Part shown: in pieces, positions 21,529-31,330 of the stretch
How the letters are laid out: each line of letters opens with the position of its first letter
Numbering within the stretch: the stretch's first letter is position 1
Assembly: GCA_963713045.1 (NCBI GenBank)
Contig: CAVQKE010000004.1
Coordinates: 352,001 to 416,000, forward strand
DNA: 64,000 bases
Direction of reading: 5' to 3'
Source of the DNA: an uncultured delta proteobacterium
GTDB lineage: Bacteria > Myxococcota > Myxococcia > Myxococcales > Myxococcaceae
Position numbers and translations under genes: made by a program
Notes under the pieces: generated by a model
The model's database searches: none
The model's input: the letters and a program-made list of their open reading frames with translations, nothing else
Told to the model about the DNA's origin: nothing

Positions 21529-21975
21529 TTAGTCCTGGTTGCTCTCGACTGCCTTTTTCAGCACGTCGAGGATGGATTTCCAGTTCTTGCTGAGCGCCTG
21601 CTGGGCCCCCGTGTCGAGGGGCTTTCCATCCTGGTTCTCCTGGGTGACAGTCACCTTCGTTCCTGCGCCGCTTGGCGAGAGGAGGAAATCGACCAGGTGA
21701 TAGTTCTCCGGCTTGTCCGCTGTGCCCGCTAAGGCGCTCCAATGGGTGAAGCGCAGGTGCGTCGGTGGCGAGAATGCGGTGATTTCGCCCTTGTCCTCGA
21801 ATCTCTTCCCCTTCCATTCACCCCGAAACAGGATGGGACGCCCGACGCTCCAGTCCGTCTCGATGGTGCTTCCAAAAAAGCAGTCTCCGAGAATTTTTGC
21901 GGTGGTTAACGCCTTCCAAACCGAGTCGGGCGGCGCCCGCACCTCGGTCGACACCTGTGCCGCTTGAATCGCCAT
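21529..21975 (-). CDS. SRPBCC/AHA1-like domain protein
   Basis: APPDSVWKALT, ETDWSVG, F.GEWKGK..EDKG, LRFTHWS, C-terminal NW..ILD.LK helix; SD GGAGG upstream. Confidence 0.88.
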   Translation of the reverse strand: MAIQAAQVSTEVRAPPDSVWKALTTAKILGDCFFGSTIETDWSVGRPILFRGEWKGKRFEDKGEITAFSPPTHLRFTHWSALAGTADKPENYHLVDFLLSPSGAGTKVTVTQENQDGKPLDTGAQQALSKNWKSILDVLKKAVESNQD

Positions 21976-22163
21976 CCGGGTTCCTCCCCCTTGGCTACTG
22001 GGTGGTTTGGGGCACTCGCAGTGCCCGAAAATGGGCACCGTTGCACCGTTGCGCAACCGGGCAAAGTCGCCTTGGCGTCCGGTGGTGGGGCTTCTGGGGA
22101 CGACGCGCCGGAAGGGTGCGAATTCGGGCCGCCCGCACCTGGCTTTAGCCTCGGGAAGGGGAG

Positions 22164-22192
22164 TTGCACCCCCCTTCCGGGAATGCTAAGAG
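22164..22192 (+). promoter_or_regulatory. candidate sigma70-type promoter for S10 operon
   Basis: TTGCAC-17 nt-TAAGAG with TG extended -10, ~107 nt before rpsJ. Confidence 0.5.
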
Positions 22193-22299
22193 CCGCCCCC
22201 CTTCGTCGCAGTCGGCAGCAGCTCTGTGACAAACCAGGTGGTACGAGGATGCACCTCTCTTTGCTGTGAGGGGAGGTGTCAGTCGAGGACGAGCGAAGC

Positions 22300-22608
22300 A
22301 TGGCGACTCAAAAAATCCGGATTCGGCTCAAGGCATACGACTCGAAGCTCCTCGACCAGAGCGCCGGGGAGATTGTGGAGACCGCGCGGCGGACGGGCGC
22401 GAAGGTCGCCGGCCCCATTCCTCTGCCCACCCGGATCAACAAATTCACGGTGTTGCGTAGCCCGCACGTGGACAAGAAGAGCCGCGAGCAGTTTGAGATT
22501 CGCACCCACAAGCGGCTGTTGGACATCCTCGAGCCCACCCAGCAGACGCTGGATGCCCTCATGAAACTGGACCTGTCGGCGGGCGTCGACGTGGAGATCA
22601 AGTCCTGA
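22300..22608 (+). CDS. rpsJ: 30S ribosomal protein S10
   Basis: [30 protein letters not shown]. Confidence 0.99.
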   Translation: MATQKIRIRLKAYDSKLLDQSAGEIVETARRTGAKVAGPIPLPTRINKFTVLRSPHVDKKSREQFEIRTHKRLLDILEPTQQTLDALMKLDLSAGVDVEIKS

Positions 22609-22647
22609 CCTGGGGGGCCACCCCTGGGGCAAGGACGGAGAACGGCC

Positions 22648-23265
22648 ATGAAGTTCGACGTGGTGGACCAAGCGGGAAAGAAAGTCGGCGAGATTGAACT
22701 CTCCGATGCCGTCTTTGGCGCCGAGCCCAACCCGAATCTCTTCTACGAAGCCGCCAAATTCCAGGCCGTCAACCGCCGCCGTGGCACGGTGGGCGTGAAG
22801 AATAGCAGCCTGGTGTCGGGCGGTGGGAAGAAGCCCTACAAGCAGAAGGGCACCGGCCGGGCCCGACAAGGCTCGATCCGTGCCTCGCAGTGGGTGGGCG
22901 GTGGCAAGGCGATGGCGCCGAAGGCCCGGGACTACACCTACCGGCCTCCGCGGAGCGTTCGGCGGGGAGCGCTGCGGGCCGCGCTGAGCTTACGGGCCAA
23001 GGAGAAGCGGCTCTTCATCCTCGACAAATTCGAGGCCTCGCCCAAGACGAAGGACACCCAGCGCATCCTCACCGAGGGCCTCAAGCTGCGGGAGGCGCTG
23101 GTGGTGGACTCGCGGAGCAACACCTCGCTCCACCGAAGTGTGCGCAACCTGGCGCAGTTCGACGTGCTGCCCCCGGAGGGGGTCAACGTGGAGTCGCTCC
23201 TGCGGCACACCGCGTTGGTCATCACCTCAGAGGCGGCCAAGGCCCTGGAGGGAGCGCTGGCATGA
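22648..23265 (+). CDS. rplD: 50S ribosomal protein L4
   Basis: [21 protein letters not shown]. Confidence 0.97.
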   Translation: MKFDVVDQAGKKVGEIELSDAVFGAEPNPNLFYEAAKFQAVNRRRGTVGVKNSSLVSGGGKKPYKQKGTGRARQGSIRASQWVGGGKAMAPKARDYTYRPPRSVRRGALRAALSLRAKEKRLFILDKFEASPKTKDTQRILTEGLKLREALVVDSRSNTSLHRSVRNLAQFDVLPPEGVNVESLLRHTALVITSEAAKALEGALA

Positions 23266-23555
23266 ATGCCACCGACGTCATCAAGGGTCCGCTCATCACC
23301 GAGAAACTGGACCGGGCCCGCGAGAAGTTCCGCCAATACGCCTTTGTGGTGGACCGCGAGGCCACCAAGCACGACGTCCAACGTGCGGTGGAAGCCTTGT
23401 TTCGGGTGAATGTGGAAGCGGTCCGAACGCACATCATTCGCGGGAAGACCAAGCGGGTCGGCCGCAGCATCGGCCAGCGGCCCAACTACAAGAAGGCCAT
23501 CGTCACCCTGAAGGCGGGCGACAAGATTGACCTCTTCGAGGGAGGGGCGGCCTAA
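23262..23555 (+). CDS. rplW: 50S ribosomal protein L23
   Basis: PLITEK, YAFVVD..ATK, YKKAIVTL. Confidence 0.97.
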   Translation: MNATDVIKGPLITEKLDRAREKFRQYAFVVDREATKHDVQRAVEALFRVNVEAVRTHIIRGKTKRVGRSIGQRPNYKKAIVTLKAGDKIDLFEGGAA

Positions 23556-24401
23556 ATGGGCATCCGAAAGTTCAAGCCGACGTCCCCTGCCCGCCGTCTG
23601 ACGACGGTGTCGGATTTCGCGGAAATCACCAAGGCCCGGCCGGAGAAGACGCTGACCGAGTCGATGCGTCGCTCGGGGGGCCGCAACGTCCATGGCCACA
23701 TCACCCGTCGGCACCAGGGCGGCGGGCACAAGCGCCGCTACCGAGTCATCGACTTCAAGCGCCGTGACAAGGACGGCGTCGCGGCCAAGGTCGCGGCGGT
23801 GGAGTATGACCCCAACCGCACCGCCAATCTGGCGCTGTTGCACTACGCCGACGGCGAGAAGCGCTACATCCTCGCGCCGGTCGGCCTCCAGGTGGGGGAC
23901 GTGCTGCATGCCGGGCCGGACGCCGACATCCGTCCGGGGAACGCCCTGCCGCTTGGTACCATTCCGGTCGGCACCACCATCCACAACGTCGAGCTCAAGC
24001 CCGGCCGGGGCGGACAGATGATTCGTTCCGCTGGGACCTCGGGCCAGCTGATGGCGAAGGAGGGGGGCTATGCGCAGATTCGGCTTCCCTCAGGCGAGGT
24101 TCGCAAGGTGTTGCTCGAGTGCCGGGCCACCATTGGGCAGCTGGGCAACATCGAGCACGACATCATCCGTGTTGGCAAGGCCGGCAAGAGCCGCTGGCTC
24201 GGCATCCGTCCCACGGTGCGTGGCCTGGCGATGAATCCGGTCGACCACCCGCACGGTGGCGGCGAGGGCAAGAGCGGCCAGGGCAACCCCCACCCGGTGA
24301 GCCCGTGGGGAAAGAAGACGAAGGGTCTGACCACGCGCAAGAACAAGCGCACCACCAAGTTCATCGTCAGCGGCCGCCGCTCCGGCGTGCGAAGCCAGTA
24401 A
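23556..24401 (+). CDS. rplB: 50S ribosomal protein L2
   Basis: [21 protein letters not shown]. Confidence 0.99.
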   Translation: MGIRKFKPTSPARRLTTVSDFAEITKARPEKTLTESMRRSGGRNVHGHITRRHQGGGHKRRYRVIDFKRRDKDGVAAKVAAVEYDPNRTANLALLHYADGEKRYILAPVGLQVGDVLHAGPDADIRPGNALPLGTIPVGTTIHNVELKPGRGGQMIRSAGTSGQLMAKEGGYAQIRLPSGEVRKVLLECRATIGQLGNIEHDIIRVGKAGKSRWLGIRPTVRGLAMNPVDHPHGGGEGKSGQGNPHPVSPWGKKTKGLTTRKNKRTTKFIVSGRRSGVRSQ

Positions 24402-24413
24402 GAGGAAGCGCCC

Positions 24414-24704
24414 ATGGCACGTTCCATCAAGAAGGGGCCCTTCGTCGACGCCCACCTGTTGAAGAAGGTGGAAGACCTCATCAAGGGCAACCAGAAGAAA
24501 GTGGTGAAGACCTGGTCGCGCCGGTCCACCATCCTGCCGGAGTTTGTCGGCCACACCTTCGCCGTGCACAACGGCCGGAAATTCATCCCGGTCTTCGTCA
24601 CCGAGAACATGGTTGGCCACAAGCTCGGCGAGTTCGCGCCCACTCGAACCTTCGTCGGTCACTCGGCGGAGAAGAAGGTGACCAAGGCGCCCCCTGCCAA
24701 GTGA
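24414..24704 (+). CDS. rpsS: 30S ribosomal protein S19
   Basis: [27 protein letters not shown]. Confidence 0.99.
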   Translation: MARSIKKGPFVDAHLLKKVEDLIKGNQKKVVKTWSRRSTILPEFVGHTFAVHNGRKFIPVFVTENMVGHKLGEFAPTRTFVGHSAEKKVTKAPPAK

Positions 24705-24715
24705 GCGAAAAGACC

Positions 24716-25075
24716 ATGGAATCCAAGGCGCATCTCAGAGATTTCCGGATGGCTCCTCGCAAGGTGGCGCTGGTGGCGGCCCTGGTGCGCGGCAAACCGG
24801 TGGGCTCGGCGTTAAACATTTTGAAGTTCACCCGCAAGGCCGCGGCTAAGCCGGTGGCCAAGCTCATCCGCAGCGCGGTGGCCAACGCGACAGACCTCTC
24901 CAAGGGGGAGGTCGACGTCGACGCGCTGTACGTCAAAACCATCTCGGTCGACCAGGGCACCACCCTGCGTCGATTCATGCCGCGCGCCATGGGGCGCGCC
25001 AGCCGCATCAACAAGAAAAGCAGCCACGTTCACGTGGTTCTCAGCGACGCGCCACTGGGCGCGAAGCGGAAGTAG
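24716..25075 (+). CDS. rplV: 50S ribosomal protein L22
   Basis: [28 protein letters not shown]. Confidence 0.97.
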   Translation: MESKAHLRDFRMAPRKVALVAALVRGKPVGSALNILKFTRKAAAKPVAKLIRSAVANATDLSKGEVDVDALYVKTISVDQGTTLRRFMPRAMGRASRINKKSSHVHVVLSDAPLGAKRK

Positions 25076-25086
25076 GAGACATTTCC

Positions 25087-25746
25087 TTGGGTCAAAAAGT
25101 CCATCCAATCGGGTTTCGGCTCGGGGTCATCAAGACCTGGGACTCCAAGTGGTTCGAGCACAAGAACTACGCGCAGTGGCTTCACGAGGACATCGCCATC
25201 CGCGAGTTCGTGAAGAAGTCGCTCGGGCACGCCGGCGTCTCGAAGGTCGAAATCGAGCGCGCCGCCAACAAAGTGAAGGTCAACGTCCACACCGCGCGGC
25301 CGGGCATCGTCATCGGCAAGCGGGGAGCCGGCATCGAGACCATCAAGAAGGACCTGCAACGCTTCACCAAGAATGAGGTCTTTCTCAACATCGTCGAGGT
25401 CCGGAAGGCCGAAATCGACGCCCAGTTGGTGGCAGAAAACATCGCCACCCAGCTCGAGCGGCGCATCGCCTTTCGCCGGGCGATGAAGAAGGCCATCCAG
25501 ACGGCCATGAAATTTGGAGCCAAGGGCATCCGCGTGGCCTGCGCCGGCCGGCTCGGCGGCTCCGAGATGGCGCGCTATGAGTGGTACCGCGAGGGACGGG
25601 TTCCCCTACACACCCTCCGCGCTGACATCGACTACGGCTTCGCTGAGGCCAAGACCACCTACGGGAAGATTGGCTGCAAGGTGTGGGTGTGCCGCGGCGA
25701 GGTTCTTCCGAGCAAGGGAGCCGCTGCGGCGGCGTTGGCCCGCTAG
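25087..25746 (+). CDS. rpsC: 30S ribosomal protein S3
   Basis: [36 protein letters not shown] start. Confidence 0.99.
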   Translation: MGQKVHPIGFRLGVIKTWDSKWFEHKNYAQWLHEDIAIREFVKKSLGHAGVSKVEIERAANKVKVNVHTARPGIVIGKRGAGIETIKKDLQRFTKNEVFLNIVEVRKAEIDAQLVAENIATQLERRIAFRRAMKKAIQTAMKFGAKGIRVACAGRLGGSEMARYEWYREGRVPLHTLRADIDYGFAEAKTTYGKIGCKVWVCRGEVLPSKGAAAAALAR

Positions 25747-25768
25747 CCTCCTTGACGACGAGACCACC

Positions 25769-26188
<420 letters not shown>

Positions 26189-26199
26189 GGGACCAGCAC

Positions 26200-26418
26200 A
26201 TGGCCACTGCCAAGGAACTCAGGGAGTTGACGGTGCAGGACCTGGAGCGCCGGGCGATCGAGCTGCGGGAGCAGCTGTTTCGCGACCGGATGAAGCTCCG
26301 CACCGGGACGCTGGACAGCCCGACGCAACGACGCGAGCGACGCCGCGACCTGGCCCGGGTCCTGACGCTCATCACCCAGAAGAAGCGCGCCGCCACGCCC
26401 GCCAACAAGGACGCTTAA
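26200..26418 (+). CDS. rpmC: 50S ribosomal protein L29
   Basis: AKELRE...LF...RRDLARVLT; canonical position. Confidence 0.95.
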   Translation: MATAKELRELTVQDLERRAIELREQLFRDRMKLRTGTLDSPTQRRERRRDLARVLTLITQKKRAATPANKDA

Positions 26419-26421
26419 GCC

Positions 26422-26727
26422 ATGGCCTCAGCGACACCGGAAACTCCCTCCCCCCGTGGACGCCCCAAGACGCGGGTGGGCATCGTCACTTCCAACAAGA
26501 TGCAGAAGACGGTGGTGGTGACGGTGAAGCGCCGCGCCGCGCACCGGGAATACGGCAAAATCCTGAGCCTCCACGCCAAGTACAAGGCGCATGCCGAGGA
26601 CCACGACTACCCGAAGAAAATCTCCCTCAACGAGGGGGACCGGGTGCGGATTGCTGAGACCAAGCCGACCAGCAAAGAAAAGCGTTGGCGGGTCATCGAA
26701 GTCATTGAGCGCAGCAAGAACACCTAA
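26422..26727 (+). CDS. rpsQ: 30S ribosomal protein S17
   Basis: [30 protein letters not shown]. Confidence 0.96.
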   Translation: MASATPETPSPRGRPKTRVGIVTSNKMQKTVVVTVKRRAAHREYGKILSLHAKYKAHAEDHDYPKKISLNEGDRVRIAETKPTSKEKRWRVIEVIERSKNT

Positions 26728-26738
26728 GGAGGACGTCG

Positions 26739-27107
26739 ATGATTCAGATGACATCCGTGCTCGACGTCGCCGACAACTCGGGCGCGAAGAAGGTGTTCTG
26801 CATCAAGGTGCTCGGTGGTTCGAAGCGCCGCTATGCCAGCATCGGCGATGTGATTGTGGTCAGCGTTCGCGAGGCGCTTCCCAATTCAAAGGTGAAGAAG
26901 GGCGACGTGGCCAAGGCAGTCATCGTGCGGACCAAGCGCGAGGTGGGCCGGCCGGACGGCAGCTTCATCAAATTCGACGGAAACTCGGCGGTCCTCATCA
27001 ACAAGGACCTGGAGCCAATTGGCACGCGCATTTTCGGCCCGGTGGCTCGGGAGCTGCGGGCCCGTAAGTTCATGAAGATTATCTCGTTGGCGCCGGAGGT
27101 GCTCTGA
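26739..27107 (+). CDS. rplN: 50S ribosomal protein L14
   Basis: [23 protein letters not shown]. Confidence 0.99.
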   Translation: MIQMTSVLDVADNSGAKKVFCIKVLGGSKRRYASIGDVIVVSVREALPNSKVKKGDVAKAVIVRTKREVGRPDGSFIKFDGNSAVLINKDLEPIGTRIFGPVARELRARKFMKIISLAPEVL

Positions 27108-27138
27108 AGCCACCGGCGGCTGGCACAGGGCAAACGCG

Positions 27139-27477
27139 ATGCAGAAGCTGAAAGTAGGCGACGTGGTGCAGGTGATGGCGGGCGCTGAGCGCAGCCTGAA
27201 GGACGCGGCCAAGAAGCGGGGAAAAATCACCGCCATCGACCACGGCAGCGGTCGGCTCAAGGTGGAAGGGCTGCGGTTGGTAAAGCGTCACGTCCGAAAG
27301 GGCCGGGACCGCAACACCCCCGAGGGGGGCATCATCGAAAAGCCGGGCAGCATCGCCATCGGCTCAGTCCGGGTGGTGTGCTCCAAGTGTGACCGTCCGT
27401 CGCGGGTGGGGATCCGGGTGGAGGGGGACCGCAAGGTCCGCTTCTGCAAGTCCTGCGAGGCCAAGATTGACGCCTGA
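27139..27477 (+). CDS. rplX: 50S ribosomal protein L24
   Basis: KOW-like [18 protein letters not shown]-terminal CSKC/CKSC. Confidence 0.95.
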   Translation: MQKLKVGDVVQVMAGAERSLKDAAKKRGKITAIDHGSGRLKVEGLRLVKRHVRKGRDRNTPEGGIIEKPGSIAIGSVRVVCSKCDRPSRVGIRVEGDRKVRFCKSCEAKIDA

Positions 27478-27593
27478 GGGTGGACTGGGGCAAGAACGCC
27501 GCCCCGACCGTGGAGGCCACGCTTCCAGGGGCCTTGGGCAACTGACCGACGACCAGGGAGTCCCAGACGGGTCGCCGCAGCAGAGGAAACAGC

Positions 27594-28262
27594 ATGGCTG
27601 AGGAAAAGGACGACAAGGCAAAGGAAGCCAAGGCCAAGAAGGCGGCCGGGAAGCGCCGCGGCCGCGATGAAGTCAAACGGGCGGGCTTCGAGGCCAACAT
27701 CGAGGAAGGCCTCAAGACCGCGCCGGCTCGGCTCAAGCTTCGCTTTCGGAAGGACGGCGTGCCGTCCTTGATGAAGGAGTTCGGCTTCAAGAACCCGAAC
27801 CAGGTGCCACGACTGGAGAAAATTGTCGTGAACATGGGCCTCGGCGAGGCCCTGGCCAACAACAAGATTCTTGAGTCGGCGGTGGACCAGCTGGGAGCCA
27901 TCACTGGGCAGCGGCCGGTGGTGACGCGAGCCCGGAAGTCCATTGCCAACTTCAAGCTTCGCGAGGGCCAGGCCATCGGCGCGGCGGTCACCCTGCGCAG
28001 CGACCGGATGTACGAATTCATGGACCGCCTCATCAATGTTGCGCTCCCCCGGGTGCGCGACTTCAAGGGCGTCTCCAGCAAGGCGTTCGACGGCAAGGGC
28101 AACTACACCCTGGGCGTTCGCGAGCAGATTATTTTCCCGGAAATCAACTACGACCAAATCGAGAAGGTGAAGGGGCTGAACATCACCTTCGTCACCACGG
28201 CTCGCAATGACGAGCAAGGGCTGGCGCTGATGCGCCACTTCGGATTGCCCTTCCGCCAATAG
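27594..28262 (+). CDS. rplE: 50S ribosomal protein L5 (with charged N-terminal extension)
   Basis: [33 protein letters not shown]. Confidence 0.98.
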   Translation: MAEEKDDKAKEAKAKKAAGKRRGRDEVKRAGFEANIEEGLKTAPARLKLRFRKDGVPSLMKEFGFKNPNQVPRLEKIVVNMGLGEALANNKILESAVDQLGAITGQRPVVTRARKSIANFKLREGQAIGAAVTLRSDRMYEFMDRLINVALPRVRDFKGVSSKAFDGKGNYTLGVREQIIFPEINYDQIEKVKGLNITFVTTARNDEQGLALMRHFGLPFRQ

Positions 28263-28280
28263 CCCTTAGGTTCCCCACTC

Positions 28281-28466
28281 ATGGCCAAACTTTCAAAAAT
28301 TGCACAAGCCAAGCGCAAGCCGAAGTTCAAGGTGCGCGCCTACAACCGCTGCCCGCTGTGTGGGCGGCCGCGCGCGTTTCTGCGCAAGTTCAAGATGTGC
28401 CGCATCTGCCTGCGCAACCGCGCGCTGGCGGGCGAGGTCACAGGGCTGATGAAGAGCTCCTGGTAG
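28281..28466 (+). CDS. rpsN: 30S ribosomal protein S14, zinc-binding type
   Basis: 61 aa, RCPLCGR...CRIC. Confidence 0.98.
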   Translation: MAKLSKIAQAKRKPKFKVRAYNRCPLCGRPRAFLRKFKMCRICLRNRALAGEVTGLMKSSW

Positions 28467-28554
28467 CACGCCAAGGCTGCTCCCCGCGAACCCCCCGGAT
28501 GGTCCGGGCAGGCGCGGCGCAGCGAGACAGTCGGAACACGAGAAACCAAAAGTC

Positions 28555-28953
28555 ATGCCTGTGAACGACCCGGTAGGGGACATGCTGACCCGCATCCGCA
28601 ACGCCTCGCGGGCGCGGCACGACAAGGTGGTCATCCCCACCTCCAAGCTGAAGGTGGAAATTGCCCGGGTGCTCAAGTCGGAGGGCTTCATCGCCGACTA
28701 CGTCGAGCACCAGAGCGGCCCCCAGGGCGAAATCACCGTCCAGCTGAAATACGGACCGGACAAGAGCCCGGTCATCGTCGGCATCCGTCGGGTGAGCCGT
28801 CCCGGCCTACGCCGCTACGTCCCAGTTCGCGACATTCCGCGGGTCCTCGGCGGTTTGGGAACCAGCATTCTGTCCACCTCGAAGGGCATCCTGGCAGATG
28901 GCGAGGCCCGCAAGCAGAATGTGGGCGGCGAGCTCATCTGCACGGTGTACTGA
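28555..28953 (+). CDS. rpsH: 30S ribosomal protein S8
   Basis: [27 protein letters not shown]. Confidence 0.98.
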   Translation: MPVNDPVGDMLTRIRNASRARHDKVVIPTSKLKVEIARVLKSEGFIADYVEHQSGPQGEITVQLKYGPDKSPVIVGIRRVSRPGLRRYVPVRDIPRVLGGLGTSILSTSKGILADGEARKQNVGGELICTVY

Positions 28954-28954
28954 C

Positions 28955-29521
28955 ATGAGCCGCATCGGAAGACTGCCCATCAAGCTGGAGGGAAAGGTGA
29001 AGGCGGCCTTGGCCGGCCGGTCGGTGCATTTCGAGGGGCCCAAAGGCAAGGTCGACGTCACGCTTCCCCCCGGAGTCACGGTCCAATTCAAGGATGGTCA
29101 GGTGCTGGTGGCCCGGCCCGACGACAGCCGGGAAGCGCGCAGTCTGCACGGCCTGGCGCGGTCCATCCTGGCCAACGCCGCCAAGGGCGTGGCCGTCGGT
29201 TGGGAGCGGAAGCTCGACATCCGGGGCGTTGGGTTTCGTGCCGAGGTCAAGGGGCGCCAGCTGCATCTGTCGCTTGGGTACAGCCATCCGGTGGTCTTCG
29301 ACTTGCCGGACGGCATCACCGCCGAAGTGGACAAGGTGGCCCGCACCGAGGACAGCCTGCCCACCATTGGGCTCACCCTGCGCGGAGTGAACCGCGAGAC
29401 GCTGGGTGAGGCTGCGGTGCGCATTCGGGCACTCCGCCCCCCCGAGCCGTACAAGGGCAAGGGCATCAAGTACGTCGAGGAACGCATCCGCCGTAAGGAA
29501 GGCAAGACCGGGACGGCCTAG
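28955..29521 (+). CDS. rplF: 50S ribosomal protein L6
   Basis: MSRIGR, LGYSHP, RPPEPYKGKGI. Confidence 0.98.
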   Translation: MSRIGRLPIKLEGKVKAALAGRSVHFEGPKGKVDVTLPPGVTVQFKDGQVLVARPDDSREARSLHGLARSILANAAKGVAVGWERKLDIRGVGFRAEVKGRQLHLSLGYSHPVVFDLPDGITAEVDKVARTEDSLPTIGLTLRGVNRETLGEAAVRIRALRPPEPYKGKGIKYVEERIRRKEGKTGTA

Positions 29522-29581
29522 GCCACCCTTCATCCGCAACGGGGGAAGCCTCCATCCCCGTCGGACGGAAACGAGACCGCC

Positions 29582-29935
29582 ATGTCGAAGATTGACCACC
29601 GCCTCAAGAGGAAGCGCCGCATCCGGCGAAAGCTGGCCGGGACCGCCGAGCGGCCACGGCTCACCGTCTACAAGAGTTTGAAGCACGTCTATGCCCAGGT
29701 GGTCGACGACCATGCGGGGCGGACCCTGGCCTTTGCCTCGTCGTTGAGTAAGGAACTCAAAGGCAACACCGACGGCGACAAGAAGGCCGACGCGACACGG
29801 GTGGGCAAACTCATCGCCGAGAAGGCGAAAGCAGCCAAGGTGGAGCAGGTGGTTTTTGACCGCAACGGCTTCCCCTACCACGGCCGCATCGCGGCGGTCG
29901 CTGAGGCGGCGCGCGAAGCAGGCCTCAAGTTCTAG
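29582..29935 (+). CDS. rplR: 50S ribosomal protein L18
   Basis: [25 protein letters not shown]. Confidence 0.98.
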   Translation: MSKIDHRLKRKRRIRRKLAGTAERPRLTVYKSLKHVYAQVVDDHAGRTLAFASSLSKELKGNTDGDKKADATRVGKLIAEKAKAAKVEQVVFDRNGFPYHGRIAAVAEAAREAGLKF

Positions 29936-29953
29936 CGAGAAAGCGAGTCACTT

Positions 29954-30463
29954 TTGGCAACACCAATCAACCCGAACGACTTGGACCTGAGCGACCGGGT
30001 GGTCAACATCAACCGCGTCGCCAAGGTAGTGAAGGGCGGCCGGCGCTTCTCGTTTGCCGCGCTGGTGGTGGTGGGCGACGGCAACGGCCATGTGGGAGTC
30101 GGCTTGGGCAAGGCGAATGAAGTTCCCGAGGCCATCCGGAAGGGTGGGGAAAACGCCAAGAAGAACATCTTCCGCGTCCCGCTTCAGGGTCACACCATCC
30201 CGCACGAGGTGCTCGGCCACTTTGGCGCGGGCAAGGTGCTTCTCAAGCCGGCGGCCGAGGGCACCGGCGTCATCGCCGGCGGCTCGGTGCGCGCGGTGCT
30301 GGAGGCCGCCGGCATCCGCAACATCCTGACGAAGAGTCAGGGGTCGCGAAACCACCACAACGTGCTGAAAGCCACCGTGCAGGGCTTGAAACAGCTGCGC
30401 TCACCGGAGCAAGTGGCTCGGCTTCGCGGCCGCGAGCTGGACCTCGGCCAACACCGGATTTAA
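29954..30463 (+). CDS. rpsE: 30S ribosomal protein S5
   Basis: [25 protein letters not shown] start. Confidence 0.98.
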   Translation: MATPINPNDLDLSDRVVNINRVAKVVKGGRRFSFAALVVVGDGNGHVGVGLGKANEVPEAIRKGGENAKKNIFRVPLQGHTIPHEVLGHFGAGKVLLKPAAEGTGVIAGGSVRAVLEAAGIRNILTKSQGSRNHHNVLKATVQGLKQLRSPEQVARLRGRELDLGQHRI

Positions 30464-30476
30464 CCAGAGGAAAATT

Positions 30477-30746
30477 ATGGGGTACCGGGTCAAGTTAGTC
30501 AAAAGCATTGCCGGCGCGCCGCAGGTGCACGTGCGCACTGTGGCTGGCCTCGGCTTGAAGCGAATGGGCCAGGAACGGCTGCTGAAGGACAGCCCTGCGA
30601 CGCGGGGCATGGTGTTTACGGTGCGCCACCTGGTGCATGGCGAGGCCGTCAGTCAGGAGCCGAAGCCGGCCGTCCGGCGAAAGCCGCGCCAGGTTCGCGC
30701 CCGCGAGGCCGCTCGCCTCCATCGTGCAGAGAAGGAAGGGAAGTAG
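30477..30746 (+). CDS. rpmD: 50S ribosomal protein L30 with basic C-terminal extension
   Basis: LVKSIAG...LGL...RGMV..VRHLV; between rpsE and rplO. Confidence 0.9.
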   Translation: MGYRVKLVKSIAGAPQVHVRTVAGLGLKRMGQERLLKDSPATRGMVFTVRHLVHGEAVSQEPKPAVRRKPRQVRAREAARLHRAEKEGK

Positions 30747-30748
30747 CC

Positions 30749-31258
30749 ATGTCGACGTTGAATCACCTCAGTCGGCCGCGCAACAGCTGGCACCGAAAGA
30801 AGCGCGTCGGCCGCGGTCAGGGTTCTGGCCTCGGCAAGACGGCCGGCCGCGGAGGCAAGGGGCAGAAGGCCCGGACGGGCAACATGCGCTTCGAGGGTTT
30901 TGAGGGTGGACAGAGTCCGCTGCAGAGGCGGCTGCCCAAATTTGGCTTTCTTGCGCCCAACCGCAAGCACTTCGCCGTCATCCATCTGGATGACTTGGCT
31001 GGTTTTCAAGCCGGCAGCACCGTGGACCAGGCCGCACTACGGGCGGCCGGGCTGGTGAAGGGCCAGTGGGACGGCGTCAAGCTGCTGGCCGGTGGGAGTC
31101 TTTCTGCGAAGCTGGTGGTGCAGGTGCACCGGGTGAGTGCGCAGGCCCGCGAGGCGGTGGAAAAGGCCGGCGGCTCGGTCGACTTGGTTCCGCTGGTGGC
31201 GCACGCGGCCGAGGCGGCCGGCAAGGCACATTCCGGCAAAGGTGTCCGCAAAGCATGA
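30749..31258 (+). CDS. rplO: 50S ribosomal protein L15
   Basis: RVGRGQGSGLGKTAGRG, FEGGQSPL.RRLPK. Confidence 0.98.
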   Translation: MSTLNHLSRPRNSWHRKKRVGRGQGSGLGKTAGRGGKGQKARTGNMRFEGFEGGQSPLQRRLPKFGFLAPNRKHFAVIHLDDLAGFQAGSTVDQAALRAAGLVKGQWDGVKLLAGGSLSAKLVVQVHRVSAQAREAVEKAGGSVDLVPLVAHAAEAAGKAHSGKGVRKA

Positions 31259-31330
31259 CCCAGGGTCCACCCTGTCGCCTGACGCCGTCCTTTGGGTAGG
31301 CTCACGAGCAACCACCAGGTGCCCTAGAAC

